Of a DNA stretch of 64,000 nucleotides, positions 47,401 through 61,500 are shown in pieces. The stretch's first letter is position 1. Each line of letters opens with the position of its first letter. The stretch is taken from assembly GCA_051362555.1 (NCBI GenBank), contig CM120647.1:8990001-9054000 (forward strand), given 5' to 3'. A program made the position numbers and the translations under genes. Source of the DNA: Lingula anatina (Eukaryota > Animalia > Brachiopoda). The notes under the pieces were generated by a model. It was not told where the DNA came from. It saw nothing but the letters and a program-made list of their open reading frames with translations, and searched no databases.

Positions 47401-49916
47401 GATCCATTAGGTAATAAGTAATAATGAGAGCTGAGCAAACTTGGTGGAGGCCTCACTTTTAGGGTGCCTGTCTAGTTCATTATCTTATCAATTTATCCTT
47501 TTTCTGTTGGCTGCTAAAAGAAAGGAAATTGTCGATAAAATGCGTATTTCTTGTCCTTTTTCAACTTATTTTCCTTATAGATGTAGAATACATAACAACA
47601 TACACATCTGATGTCACTAATCTAATGGTCAATACTGTAGCCTTATCATTTTGACCACTGGTCACTGATATTTCCACACGCAAACTGAACTACTATCTGG
47701 TTTGAATAATATTAAACAATTGAAAAATGGGTAAACAAACTTAACATACAAGATGAGGACTGAGAATGACAAATCCAAAATGATGTTTTCTGAATTGATG
47801 ACTTCTCTTAAATTACTATCATTAAGCCTACTTGACACATTACACGAATGATAAAATGGTCATCCAAAATGGTCATGTATCAATAAGTCGCTTACTCAGT
47901 GATCAAGAATGAGACTAAAAGATTCTAGACAGATATTGGAATCTCTCCCCCCCCATTCTCTTCCCCTTCTCTCTCTTTCTCTCTCTCTCTCAGCCGCCCC
48001 CTCCCCCCCCCCCCCCTCTCTCTCTCTCTGCCTCTTTCTCTCTTTTTCTTGCGTATGCATGAGCTCTCTCTCTCTCTCTCTCGCTCCCTTGGAGTTTATT
48101 TTTGTTCAGAACTTGGGAGGGTGAGGATTTTTTTTAGTACATTTTCATTCATTATTTCTGCATCAAGGCTTTTTTGCCTCGGCAGAACATTTGCTCTCCA
48201 TCTTATTGCTGCTCAAAGAAATTATCTAAGGACGATCTGGTGCTTAGCGACAGAACTCTTACATAACAGGCTTTATCCTCACCTTGTGTGTTTTTCCTGC
48301 AATTGTCCACTTCAACTGTCCACTTCAATGGTCAAAACATAAATATAGCATCCACTAGAACCACTGTCTCACAATATTTCTATAGCTGTAAAATTTACCA
48401 GATTCTTTCCTATGTGGTCAGACAGAGTGTATATATGAATGTCGGTCAGTTAGTTAAAAAAATTTTTAAGGCATTTGGGCACCTGCCTCATCACTTGCAT
48501 ATTTTTTCTCTTATCCTCTCTCTAATTTACCAATCACATCACCATTTAGTATTGGTTTTATATTATTAACACATGCAAATGTTTCTAAGCCTGGATGAAA
48601 CGGCTGGCCCCTTAAGCTCTTCGTGTGTTATTAAAAGCATTAAAACCACAACAATCCATCAGGCAGTTTTTCTTTCAATATTTAACACCGCACATGTGAT
48701 GTCACGCATCAAGTGCTCGGCTGCTACTGCTAAATTAACTGACCATTTGGCAATGAAAATATCTTGTTCCACCTTTAAAATATTCCACTGAGAGGGATCC
48801 CTACAGAGTGTATTCTTTGTGGTTCATTTTCACCTGTAAATGTTTCTGTCTTCAGTTTCTTATCTTATCAAGGTACAATGACTTGATACTTTCCAAAGCA
48901 GCCTCCTTGTGTATTTCCCAAAGATTTTCTAATTATTTTACAAAGCCCACAGCCTGTTCACTCGTGTCTAATTCACACCAATTCCTTTTGTTTTTCTCCT
49001 ATGAAAAGAAGTATCAGTTGACAGAATTAAGCTCTTTCTATTGCTCAGTGGACAGTCCTAAAACAATGTCCACTTCCTTCACCAACTGGACTATCACGTT
49101 GACCACTCCAAGTCCACGATGACCAAGGGGACAACTCAAGCCAGCTTGCTAGCCACTCACCCTCCGTGTCACAACTGACTGCTCTGCAAGGGTTGTCGAT
49201 TTCTTTACTTTCCGCAGCTAACAAAACACCACTCCTAAAAATCTCATAGCGATTATGCAACCCCCGACTCCGTTCTATTGATTCTCTATAGGCCTGGCAC
49301 TTAAAAGAACACAATATGACTAAGGCTATTCAGTGTATTGAAGCCATAAAAAGGCATATAACAAACACCCACTGCCCAATGCCCAGTGAAATTAACGTGC
49401 TGGCCAGGGCACCTGTATAGCGATAATGGCCCGTTATGTAATCAGCGCTGGCAAATAGGGTAATCATTTTTACAAAAACATCAGTTTCTATGGGCAGTGT
49501 ACTTTACTATGTACTTAGCAGCCCAGGTGAAAGGACCTTCTCTTCAGCTTACACTTGCCCTGGGGATCCGACGGAAAAATAGGCTTGTCTATTCAAGCCT
49601 GGGTATTGCATTCTTTCAAGGAGCCATCGTTGGGGATGAAAAGACATGACTTGATGAAAAGGCTGATTATTATCAAGTACTCTTGGGGAGGCGGACAAAG
49701 AAGCGGAGAAAAAATTGGTGGGTTTTTCAGCTTGACAGACTGAAGGGAGTTGACATATTGAAAACAGCGTGAGGAGGCAGGAAAAGTTTTGTCTCCCTTT
49801 TTTGACGCTGTTGCACCGCTGTGGGATGTGCACTTAGTAAAAAAAAAGAACAACTACATGTGTTCTCCATGCTTATCAATAAGAAGATACACAGGGGCAG
49901 GGTGATATAAGAGTCG

Positions 49917-49947
<31 letters not shown>

Positions 49948-52204
49948 GTCAAATTGCTCACTTGCTACGGAACATACAAGCAAGGAGACAAGCAAGGTTA
50001 TTTTTTATATAGGTAAACATTTCCATAAAGTTTCCTTTGATAAGTTATCATTATAATTGAGAAATATATGGAAAATTCTCCTGGAAGAAAATTTGAAGGA
50101 GGTTTAGATGAATTGATTAAAGACAAGATCTTTTACTTTATATTTCACATTGCAACTGACAAAGGAATCTTTATAATTTTTTTTCATTAAGTCATAATTT
50201 ATCTAAAAAATTGAATCTAAATGAATCATGTTCTCTCATAATATTAAATAGCAAGTGTTTTAAGTTGCAAATACACTAATTAATTGCACAAAATTATTAA
50301 TAAAGCACACATCTCTTATATGATAATAGAAAAACCTTCCATTTCTTGCAAATATCGCCACCATCAACTAATTACTTCTTTTATTACTACAAACATATTA
50401 CATAATTCTCTAGAGGTAACAGAACTTGAAATATTCCACACAATACGCTTAAATAATTCATTCGTCTGGTGTTTCATTTAAATGGATCTTTCATGTGGAG
50501 ATTAGTCGAGCAAAAAGATATGGCAGTTAAAATAACACAATGGTCAGTAGCCCTTTTTCCATTTATCCAAATCATGTATTGATTTTTTCCAAACTGACCA
50601 ACTCATCTGAAAATGATTTTTTTATAGGATTTTGCCGCTGCCTTGCAAAAATAACATAAACTGATTAGACTAAGTAAACCCTGAGATGAAGACAAAATTT
50701 ATAAAAGCTGATGAAATAATCGTATTAGCAATGGAAAACTGATGGCTTTGCAGACTCAACATATGTGTTGATATTTTTGTGGAAAGAAAGATGGAAAAAT
50801 TACAGTAAAAATGTAACCTATTTAAAGAAGTGGCAATTATTTCTCAGAATAATAAATAAATAAATAAATAAACAATAAAAATTACACCAGTCATCCATAT
50901 TGTCTAATCTGTCATGCAGCCAAACTTATTAGATAAAATCTTTCTGCAGCCTCCTTCAAGACAAAAACATCATCTTACGCAGCATTTTGATCAATATCTG
51001 TAATTTGTTGGCAATAATGACTTTTTTCTTTTGATGCAGTTGGATAACAAAGATCTGCTGCCAAATGGACTGGTCCATTTCTAATGAAGGGGGGGGGGGG
51101 GGAGGAGGTTCTGATATGTGATATATATTAGCCAGATACACCACAAAATACAACCCTAAAGCAACCTTAAAATCTGTCCCCTATCCACTAAACAAAACTG
51201 ATCTCTTTCACCAGAAGAGAAATTCGAAAGTAATCTCAGTATAAAAGTATCTTTTTAGCCCGGATATATCAATTACTGTGTACATGTCCAAGACTCCCTC
51301 CTTTCAAATTCCTTTGCATTTTTACTTTTCCATCTACCTGTAAGTATCTTTTTGTTAGAGGTGCTAACTGAAGCAAAAAAGGAGGGGATTTTTCTTTTCG
51401 ATAAGGAGGTCATTTACATCCGACAGTCTCAGTCCAAGATCATTACTGATAAAAAATCGCCAGAGGGGGTGGGGGATGACAGGAGTCAATTGATATCAGC
51501 CCTCAATGAACTTAACACGCATAAATGTCAAGTGGTTCACTTTTTTTCTACTGTCAAAAAGATTCAATTTAGAGGTAGTATGATCGCTTGTGGGCATGCA
51601 TTTTCTAATTGTATTTTCTAATTGGCAAAATTATATGGTTTGTCACCCAAGTCTCTAGATACTCCTGCTTCCCATTCTTATCTCTGGTTTTTTTTCGGAT
51701 AAGAAAATGATAAGTATATCATGATTTAATTAACATCAGTATCATTTATTATATGGTAACTACTCAATCTTTTCAATGGGGGAGAAATTGTAAATTTTAT
51801 AGATATTTTATGTCATAATTTCTTAATATTAGAACATTCTTCTTGAGGGGAAGCAACAACATTAAAAAGAAGGCAACTCTATAGTTCTTCTCTATGCAGT
51901 AAAAGCATCACAAAAATGCTTTATAGAAATACAAATTTGCGTTTTTAAAATTATGTATCTGAAAGTTGGATAATTTTTGTCCACTGAAAAGATTGAGTCA
52001 TTATCCTACATTCGCTTGCAATAACGAAAGAGCACCTATACTCAATCAGGCACCACATAGCCTGTATTATCAACCTAAGCCAAATCCAGATTCTCGGCTT
52101 AACCTAGCTTGCCTAAGTCTTGGATCATTTTATATTGCTGTTATGTATACGTATATGCATGTATGTTGTACTTGTTGGGTCAAAGCAATTATAAAAAATG
52201 TACT

Positions 52205-52235
<31 letters not shown>

Positions 52236-54174
52236 AATTTTCTTTAAAGATACAATCAATAGTCAAAAAAATTATCCTGTAGAGTGTGGCATTACAACAT
52301 TGTAAGTTACTATCTTGTTACCACAAAAGCACTTACAACAAGAAAAAAACCTTGTATATGCGTATGTACAGATATATAAGACAATTATATCCTCCATTTC
52401 CTGAATGCTTTATTGGACTTGCATCATGGTTCAAGCAAAAAACAATAGGCCTTATCGTGCTTTTCTCCACGGCATGCATTTGTGCGTGTCGTAATTCTAC
52501 ATATGCATGGTGAGACCTAATGTTTTCTGCTTGGTTTAAGTATATATATGATACAGGTGAATGACTGTTATATTGTCACTAACCACTTCTCCAACGATCA
52601 TAAATTTGATGGCCACTTCTGTGCCTTTCCCTTACTCACTTCTTTAATTTTTTTTTTTACATATCTACTCAAATTTTCAGAGTCGTACAAATATTTCTTT
52701 CTATCCCTTTTGCCTGTCGCCTTTTGTGGAAATAAACTCATCTCAATAAAATAACTTCCCTGACCAAATAACTTCTTTCCACTTTGACGCCAATCCTGCC
52801 ATCAAAATTGATTTTACTTGAGGTTTTTGTTAAAAGAATTCTGAAGTGTCCAGCCCTAACGACATTTAAATCTTCAGCTGTTACGTTCACAAATGACTTG
52901 GCGTCCCCTTTATTCATTTTTCACGCCTAGTTCGACAAGAGGTATTGACCAGTGTCGTTTCCTTTGTGAAGCAGTATCAAGTATTATGTTTTAGTTTCAT
53001 ATGGTAACCCTATAGGGCTGACAAATATATGTTTGTTCTTTCCAAGTAAATATGTACTTGTACTTTTTATTATGTAACCTCAAAGGGCAAGGTCAAATGC
53101 CTTTGTGCAGTTCTGCTACATCATCATACATCAGTTATTAGACATGTGATATCGACATTTATAACGTATGCAGTCATGTGTTTTCAAACTTATCATTGAT
53201 TTGTAGCTGGTCATGTAAAATATGTTGGATGTTTTGTAAAATCATTATTTCTCCCTTTTCTTATTGAAGTTCCCATTTTTCTCAGTAAAGTATAATTACC
53301 GCATAGACCAAAATGCATTCCTTTGATTACAACCAATTTCAGCAAGATTGCAAAAAGTTAATTGCTTCTACTTTTAATAACATTATGATGAACCCATTAA
53401 GCTTGTGTAAAGGGGTTCCTACAGATTGTGAATTATCTACAAGAGTGAAAGAAAGTCATTTTTCTTCCTATAAATTTGAATATAGCTACAATGTCTCATG
53501 TTGATTGAACCTTCAAAACACAAAACAAATACTCTGCAGTAAAAAAAAGCCCTTATAGTCAGCCCTCTTCTTGTTCTCATTCCTAATTTCCCTATGAAGA
53601 AATTTATGACAGGCTGCGTATACCAAAACTTAATATAACACATCAACAAAGAACCAGTTTTATCATGTCACCAATTTAAGTTTCCTGAATATTTCATACG
53701 AACCACCTACTTTTTATGACAATTTTTACACTCTGTTTCATAGCGGTAATGTTTCTTTACATCCAGCACTCACAATGTATGTAAAAATTACCTCCTAAGT
53801 AAGTTAATAATGTATGCTGTTAGATAAACTGCAATGTTCTTATTGGCATCAGAACTCAATTATTCATATCTAAGATAATCGTAATGTCACATACAATTTT
53901 TTATTGTTGGTTTACATTTCCACATGCAGGTTTTGGTGCAAATAAAATCAATTGCGGAACATGGCATCATAAAAATGTGCACACAACAATGCAACAGTTG
54001 TTGCATATATTGTCTGAAAAATGTTACGAAGAATGACACCAGCACTCTCAGAAGCCCTGACATTGTTTTATTTGAGTGTATGGCGAGCAGTTAATTATTT
54101 CATTTTAGAAGTTCTGGTTGGTGTATGAGTACTCTTGTACCAATTAAATCTGTTAATTAATTTAATAATCTCTC

Positions 54175-54280
<106 letters not shown>

Positions 54281-55327
54281 GCCTACACAAAAATAAATTA
54301 GCTTTCTCGATAAAAATGCAATTTGTTGATCCATCCATTGACGTGTTACACAATATCTGCAATGCCTCTATAAAACCTGTCAATGCCACTGCTGTAGCTT
54401 TGTTCGGCCCTCTTTCCGGTTGGCAACTCGATCAATACTATTACAATAATTTCTTGTTCTTTCCTTTCTTATGGCGTCAATGATTGATTACATAAAAACC
54501 AGACCTTTAAGTTTAATAGAAGCAATTAAAGACTTACGCATCTAATTTGGATGTTCTACCGAATTGTTTGTTTTTCATTTGTTCCTGTTTCTTTTTTTTT
54601 TTTTTTGTCTGTCTGTGTGTCTGTCTTTATGGCGACAGTGCATGTCAGCATGACTCACTGAAGTAAAAAAACAGAAGCCTACGTAAGTAACACATAGCAT
54701 ATTCTTATTATGGTCATTAAATACTGTATGTTCTGTTGTTTGCAGTCGGTCATGATATTCTATTGATTTTTTTCAAACAATCTTTTTGAAAAAAAAAAAA
54801 ACATAAGTAGCAACTGGTAGGCAATTGTTTTGGACTGATAGTATGTGTATATGTATGTGTGTGTATGTGTGTGCATGCATAAACTCATTACAAATAAAAA
54901 AAAGCTTATTGGTGGTAATTATTTTCTCTATAGGAAAGTCACTTTAACCGATGGTAATTTTCTCATCTTTTTTTTAAATTAATAAACAGTTTTTGTTTAT
55001 AACTGAAATAAGGCAAAGACTTATCAAATGGGTGCTAACCATCAGGACAACAAGGCACTTCATTCCATCTCTTAACATTATTTCTATTGTTTCTCCTCAG
55101 CTTGTCATGAATCCGGTCCACCTATAGTTTGTTTTTACAAAATGGATGTCATAGTGTGACATCAAAATTTTAATAACATTAATGGTATATATGACTATTT
55201 TTACTGCATGATCATCTAAATTACACGAATGATAGACTGACTTTCGGCAGTCTGTCCTTTGCTACAGACAGCAAATTAGGCACGACTCATTTGCTTTTGT
55301 TGATGCCGTTTTACAAGTTGTATCTTA

Positions 55328-55552
55328 GACTGGGTTCCCATAAACCCTATCGCACTAGCAGGATCAGTCTAACTCAGAGGGGATTCTCGCTAAACTTCAT
55401 TAATTTTAAGTGGCTTAAATGTCTGTCACGCCCACTGAAGCTGGTAGGGGGTAATTAACTTTCGTGCACACTTAAACTGAATTTAATTTAGCAAGAATCC
55501 CCTCAGAGATAGATCGATCCTGCTAATACAGCAGGGTTATGGGAATGGTCCC
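55328..55552. mobile_element. single copy of the same palindromic MITE family
   Basis: TTA|gactgggttcccata ... tatgggaatggtccc|TTA. Internal ggattctcgctaaa / tttagcaagaatcc symmetry. Confidence 0.75.
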
Positions 55553-58500
55553 TTATTAAGTATCTGACTGTTTTTATTTTTGCTTCTTTACTGTCATATC
55601 ATATATTTATCACTGAAATTTCTGCCTCTAATGTTTTTGCAGTGATATGTTTCCAATTAAATGCAAATTATTTTATTCCTTTTCAATTAAGAATCAAAAT
55701 GGTGGTGGTTTTATAACTCTGTAATCTTTTTATTATTTACTTTAGATTTCTTTTCTTTCTATTCTGTGATTATTCATCAATTGAATAACGCATTTTTCTC
55801 AACAAATACAGCATAAAAAGTAAATATATTTCTGATTACTAAAAGCAAATGATATCACGCTTAGATCAAATGTGAAGACAACTTGAGAAAACCCATCAAC
55901 TTTTCACCTTTTTCTGAACAAAAAGAGCAGATCAGATAAAATCAGCAGCCTCACCCAAACGTAAAAATTGACACAGGAGACAGTGGAGTCCATGTTGTAC
56001 AAAAACAGAAGCAGGGGGCCAGTTTCACCAAAGGTCGCATTAAAAACAGCCAACTAACAGATCCACAGATCAAATATGGCAGACCCACTTGAATGCTTGT
56101 GGAGGAGAATCTATTCAGCATCTAATCGAATTAGTGGCAGGCTTTTTTTAGTGGGTCTCCCTATTTTATCCCAGGATCTGTTAGTTCGCTGTTCTGAGTG
56201 CCACCAGACTTGAGACCAAAACTTGGTATTAACTTTTTGACCAACTTCAATTCATGCCAAATCTATAATAATCCACTCGTATAAGATGAAAATTGGTCTA
56301 ATATATAGTTGTCACACACATATGCATGCATGCATGCACGCAACACGCACAACACACACTCACGTGTATGCCCACACTCATACATATACAAAAATAAATA
56401 CATTTTTTTAAAATTAATATTTAAATGGACTACTTTTGATTTATCTTGGGTATCAGTAATGCCAAGTTGGGGACTTCGACAAAATTTCATCTCAATTTGA
56501 TTTTGGAAAAACTGAGAGAGGAGACACTGCTGTCCATGATGTCCAATATAAGGAGCCGACACATTTTTCTCTTGTCCCATGTAGTCCAATGAAAGGGGCT
56601 GACACATTCCCTCTTGTCAGGTCTTAGGAAGTTAATACCTTAAATAAATACCCAGCAGGTATTGGTCGACGAAGGGGAGAACTTAATTAAAACAAAATAT
56701 GGGCTGCTTTTTATCCCTGTAAACGTGCTCATTCAATAGGCCCTGCTGCTATAAGTTGTTTTCTTATGGACAGATTTACAAAATTGGAGAATGTTGAATA
56801 AATTAACTTTGCATTTGGACATCAAAGGCCTTAATTTGGTCAAGAGTATTAAAGTACAGAGAGCTTAAAGAAAGGTATATTATTTTTTTCTATTCTTTAA
56901 CCACAGTTGAGAGAAAGAAAGAGGGAGAGAGTAAAATACTAAATTAAATTAAAACAACCCTACCTACTGAACACCGATTTTTGAAGTCCCAAATTCTCCC
57001 AAAGTGCTGTGCCAATGCTGTCTTCAACAAACCATCTTCCTTCTCTGAACAACCGTCCAAATATTCACAAATTACAAATCTATTTTACTGAATTAGCTCA
57101 TCTCTGTGCTACTAATTCTCAATAATTTTCACCCACTCCCATAGATCGTGTCAGTTACAATCATCAAAAGTGCCCCACAGAAAATGGATGGGTGAACTTT
57201 GTCAATTTATTCTTAATTCATAACCTGTGGGATCCCAAAAGGGACAACCTATCACCCTTATGTAACATCTACATTTAGCAGCAAAAGACAGAGCCTGGAT
57301 AATTGCCTGTTAAGAACTAATTTGTAAATTAATAACTGTCACCAGGGACTCATCCACGTTACTATGTTATAAATCAGCCGAATTTCCAGGCTGCTCATTA
57401 CAATTTTATTTATTTCTGGGATGATTAACCATCAAGATAAAAACATTTAAACCTCTGAACAGCGTAAAACTTTGTTCATATCTATGAAAAATTGTTATTG
57501 AAGCTGACGTTGAAAAATATCCTACTTGTGCTGCTAGTTACATTGACCATGCAACTGCGTTTCTGGCTCTTCAGTAGGAACTTATATCTATAATACACTG
57601 CTCATACACTATTAAATTTTTTAAGTATAGAAAAATCATTGATATTGAACTGCCTTTGGCCAATATTAAGCTTTGTTTAAACTATAGATCTACAGATGTA
57701 AGTATGGTAAATGAATTTACTTACAAAAAATATCTAAAACAAATTTTAACTGGTCACATACCAGTGGCATTACCACAGTATGAAACGGATAACTTGCTTT
57801 AAACGTCTGGTAATATGTTTTTAGTATGTTTTTAATAGAATCAAATAAGGCTTAAAATAATAGCAGTCATATTATCCTTGTAATTGATAGACTATGCACA
57901 TAACTCTAAAAAACACTTGTGCTTAATTCTTATGGTACTTCTTTCCTTGGTCAGAGTGAAGTGCCCCAGAGTGAATGGGTTCAAAACTTTTTTTTTACTC
58001 TTTAAAATTAATCTTTTCACTTAATTTTACACTTATTTTGAAGAGGATTAATTTTTATAAGTGAAGGGGGTAAGAAACGCATGAAAACAGTATTCTTATC
58101 TTTTCATGCATGACATGCATTAAGATTGCAATGACATTGTTGATTTGCCCTTACTAGATATAAAATACAGGCCATCTTACTTTGTCAAAAAAAAAAAAAA
58201 AAAATGCATAGAACATCCATGATATTTTTTAGACAATTCAAAAGAAATATATCATTATAAATTAGTAGGAGAGCCCAAAGAAACAATTGCAAGATGAATC
58301 TTTTCTCTGTTTTCCATTCTCCATTTTATTGAGCTTCGAGTTTCTAATAAAACAGAATGGATACAGAAAATCAGCTAATTAAATAATAAATGCTAAGTGG
58401 ATTGCACTTTTACAGAAAGACCACTTCTTAAATAATAAATGTAACGATCATGCTCCGTGAAGTATTGATATGTCAATCATATAACAATAAAATGTCAAAA

Positions 58501-61500
58501 TCATTAAAGCAGATTGTTTCTCAAAATGGAAATAATGCAATTACTTTGTGAATCAAATATGTGTAGCATTTGCAACGTCAATGAAAAAAGTTTGTGACCA
58601 AATCTTTTTCTACTTCAGAGAGAGAGAGTGAGAGAGAGAGAGAGAGAGTTATCTTTCTTTTAAGCCATACAAAGAACAACAGTAATTGAAACTGGACATT
58701 AAGTCCGTATGTAAGCTGGATAAAGAAAATTGTAAAACATCCAAAAATAATTTCTTAATTCTATTTCTCATTGTACCAAAATCCTGTCAGTGTTCACTTT
58801 AACATATTACCTCCTCCCTGATTACATTATACTTGATGTATGAGCCCGACTCTAAAAACCATACCAATTCTTTGCTGGTCTGATTCCATCAATTATTCAA
58901 AAGAAGAGATGACATAATAACTGCAAGAGCATTGAGAAAAGACTGTCTGACATTTTCTTGATTGAATTTGGTCATAACAAGGACCAGTAGTATTTCACAC
59001 AAAAGTGAAGTACTCTATCTAGCAAACAACTATTAATACTTTGAGTCAGTTTATTGTGGTCATTTTATTGTTTCAGTTTTAGTGACTCCGTTGTCTCATT
59101 TCATCATGTAGTAAAAATAATAAATCATAAAATGAACAAAAAAGTTGGTTAAGAAATATTCATCCTTATCAACTGATAAAATTTACTATCATTGTGTGAG
59201 GTGCATTAAAATTTTGTAAGAAATGCACCATAAAGAATTTTATTATTTTACTTTGCAAAATTCTTTATGCTGTTTTTATGTTTCATTCAAAGTTATCCAA
59301 AACTGGCCACAATTAAAAGGACGGCACTTAGGAGGGGATTCAATGCTAGGTAAGAACTTTACATCTTCATATCCAGGGAAAAAACATGAGCTGAAAAATA
59401 ATCCAAAAAAAATACAACTTCACTGAATAATTGACTGTATGTCAAAGGAGATTGGCTTTCCAGATGTTACACACTATTGGAGTTCACTCACAATTTAGCT
59501 TGTACTACAAAAAATAAAAATAAATATTTTCACTAGTCTTCCAACAGTTTTTTTTTTTTTCAAAAATATAAACCTTTAAAAATTCTGTTAATGGTGAATT
59601 TTGCACCATGTTCAAAGACTGAAACACAAAAATCTACACCTTAATATACAGAGCCTTTGTTTTTCAGATCTAAAAAATTTAGATGAAATTGGCAGTTTCC
59701 TCTATGAGATGTCTTTTGGTTGTCTTTCTACCAATAAAAAATTCAAAGATGTCAATAAAATATAAATATGCCTCGCGTCACTGAAAAGCTGCGCCTGTAT
59801 GCGGGGACTCAAAAACGGCATTGTGGTAAAGAAAGATGGCATTTCAAGTGTCAGTAGTTTTGAGGTAAAAAGAACATTAAAATATAATAGAGCTTAGGAT
59901 ATCTGTTGTCAAATCTATTATATATAGCCTGTCCTTGTACCACTGAAACATCTTACATCATTTCTAAACAAAGAAATTAATACCCCTACTCCGTTTGCAA
60001 TTGTACTCAAAATAAAAATGCATGGAATGTATGTATTTGTTTATTGGGCTTAAGCCAGGTGAAGAAAAATGTGTCCTGTTATAGAAGTATTTTAGTAGGA
60101 CATATCCGAATTTGAAAATTGATGGGGGGGGGGGGGGGGGGAAGCAATCAGTTCATACTAGAAAATACTTTAGAATGTTTAAAACATGTGACCAAAATAT
60201 TATTTTGTTAACATCTCAAGCACTGCTACATGATACCTGCAATTACACATGAAGAAAAAAAAATATCAGGAAACATTATGAAATCACTGAGGATGCTTGA
60301 AAATGTGCTTAAAGTGTTTTTCATGTCAAAATCTCAGGACTTTCACAAGAAACCACAACAAAGCTGAAAATATCTGTGCTCTCCAACCCAAATGACATAA
60401 ACCCAAAATCTAATAATCCTTCAAAGCAAATTGCAATCATGATAATGACACACAGGTAACAGAAGAAAGATCTCTTCAAAAACCACACACTGAAGTAATA
60501 ATACCTCTCTGTAACACAAAGAATTATATAAACTTATCCCCACTACTCTTACTGATCATATACTTTAGGCAGATCCATTAAAAATGTTGCAAGGGAACAA
60601 TTACGCCAGTCATACATATTATTACAGTCACTATTTCTTTTGCTATGACACAAAAAGCCATATATTGCCTCGGAGCTTATCTGCCTCCTGCCTTAGCTGA
60701 AATGGATTGGGTTTCTTCGGGAATCATTCTCTAAGGTTATGTAATATGTCCATTATGTTACATCACCTGGGGATTTTGGCCACACCAGGTGTGTTTTTGT
60801 AGACTCAGATATGATCTCCCTCCCTCAAAGGGCTGGTTATTAACTTAGGACAAAGCATGGGAAAAATGAAAGGCAGATTGCACTAAAGAATGAATGAGCT
60901 ACGGTAATTACTTAAAAATTTCAGACATCCTTTTCCTTAAAAAAAAATTTTTTTTGTGCGATTTTGAAACTTACGCAACAACATCCTTTCTGGCATGAAG
61001 CTATCTTTCTTCTAAAATGTTTGTGTCAACCTTGGTAAGTAATACTAAACGTGTTTGGGTTGGTGGGGGGGGGGATGGAGAGAGGGTATTATTCGATATT
61101 GTTTGAAACTGTACTGTATCTTATGGCCACCTCTCTGGCTTTTTGATGCTTCTATTAAAATATATTAACACAGAACAAATTTTTTGTTCAAGTTGTTCTC
61201 TGCAAATCATAATTAACAGGTCATTAATTGTGATGTTGCGACTCTTTTTTTAACATCTGACAGATACTGTTTCAATGAAGAAGAAAGATTCCAAAACTTC
61301 TAATTTCTTTCAACTGTAATTTTTTCATATTCAATTTAAATAATTTTTAAGTAAAAAAATCACAAAATGCAAAATGCTTCTTTACAAATACTATCAACTC
61401 ATATCTTAATCTGTAAAAGTGTTTTGCCCAAACTATACAACACTAAGTGTTTATCTCTTTCCTTATACCTCATTATAAAAAGAAAGATAAAAAACTTACT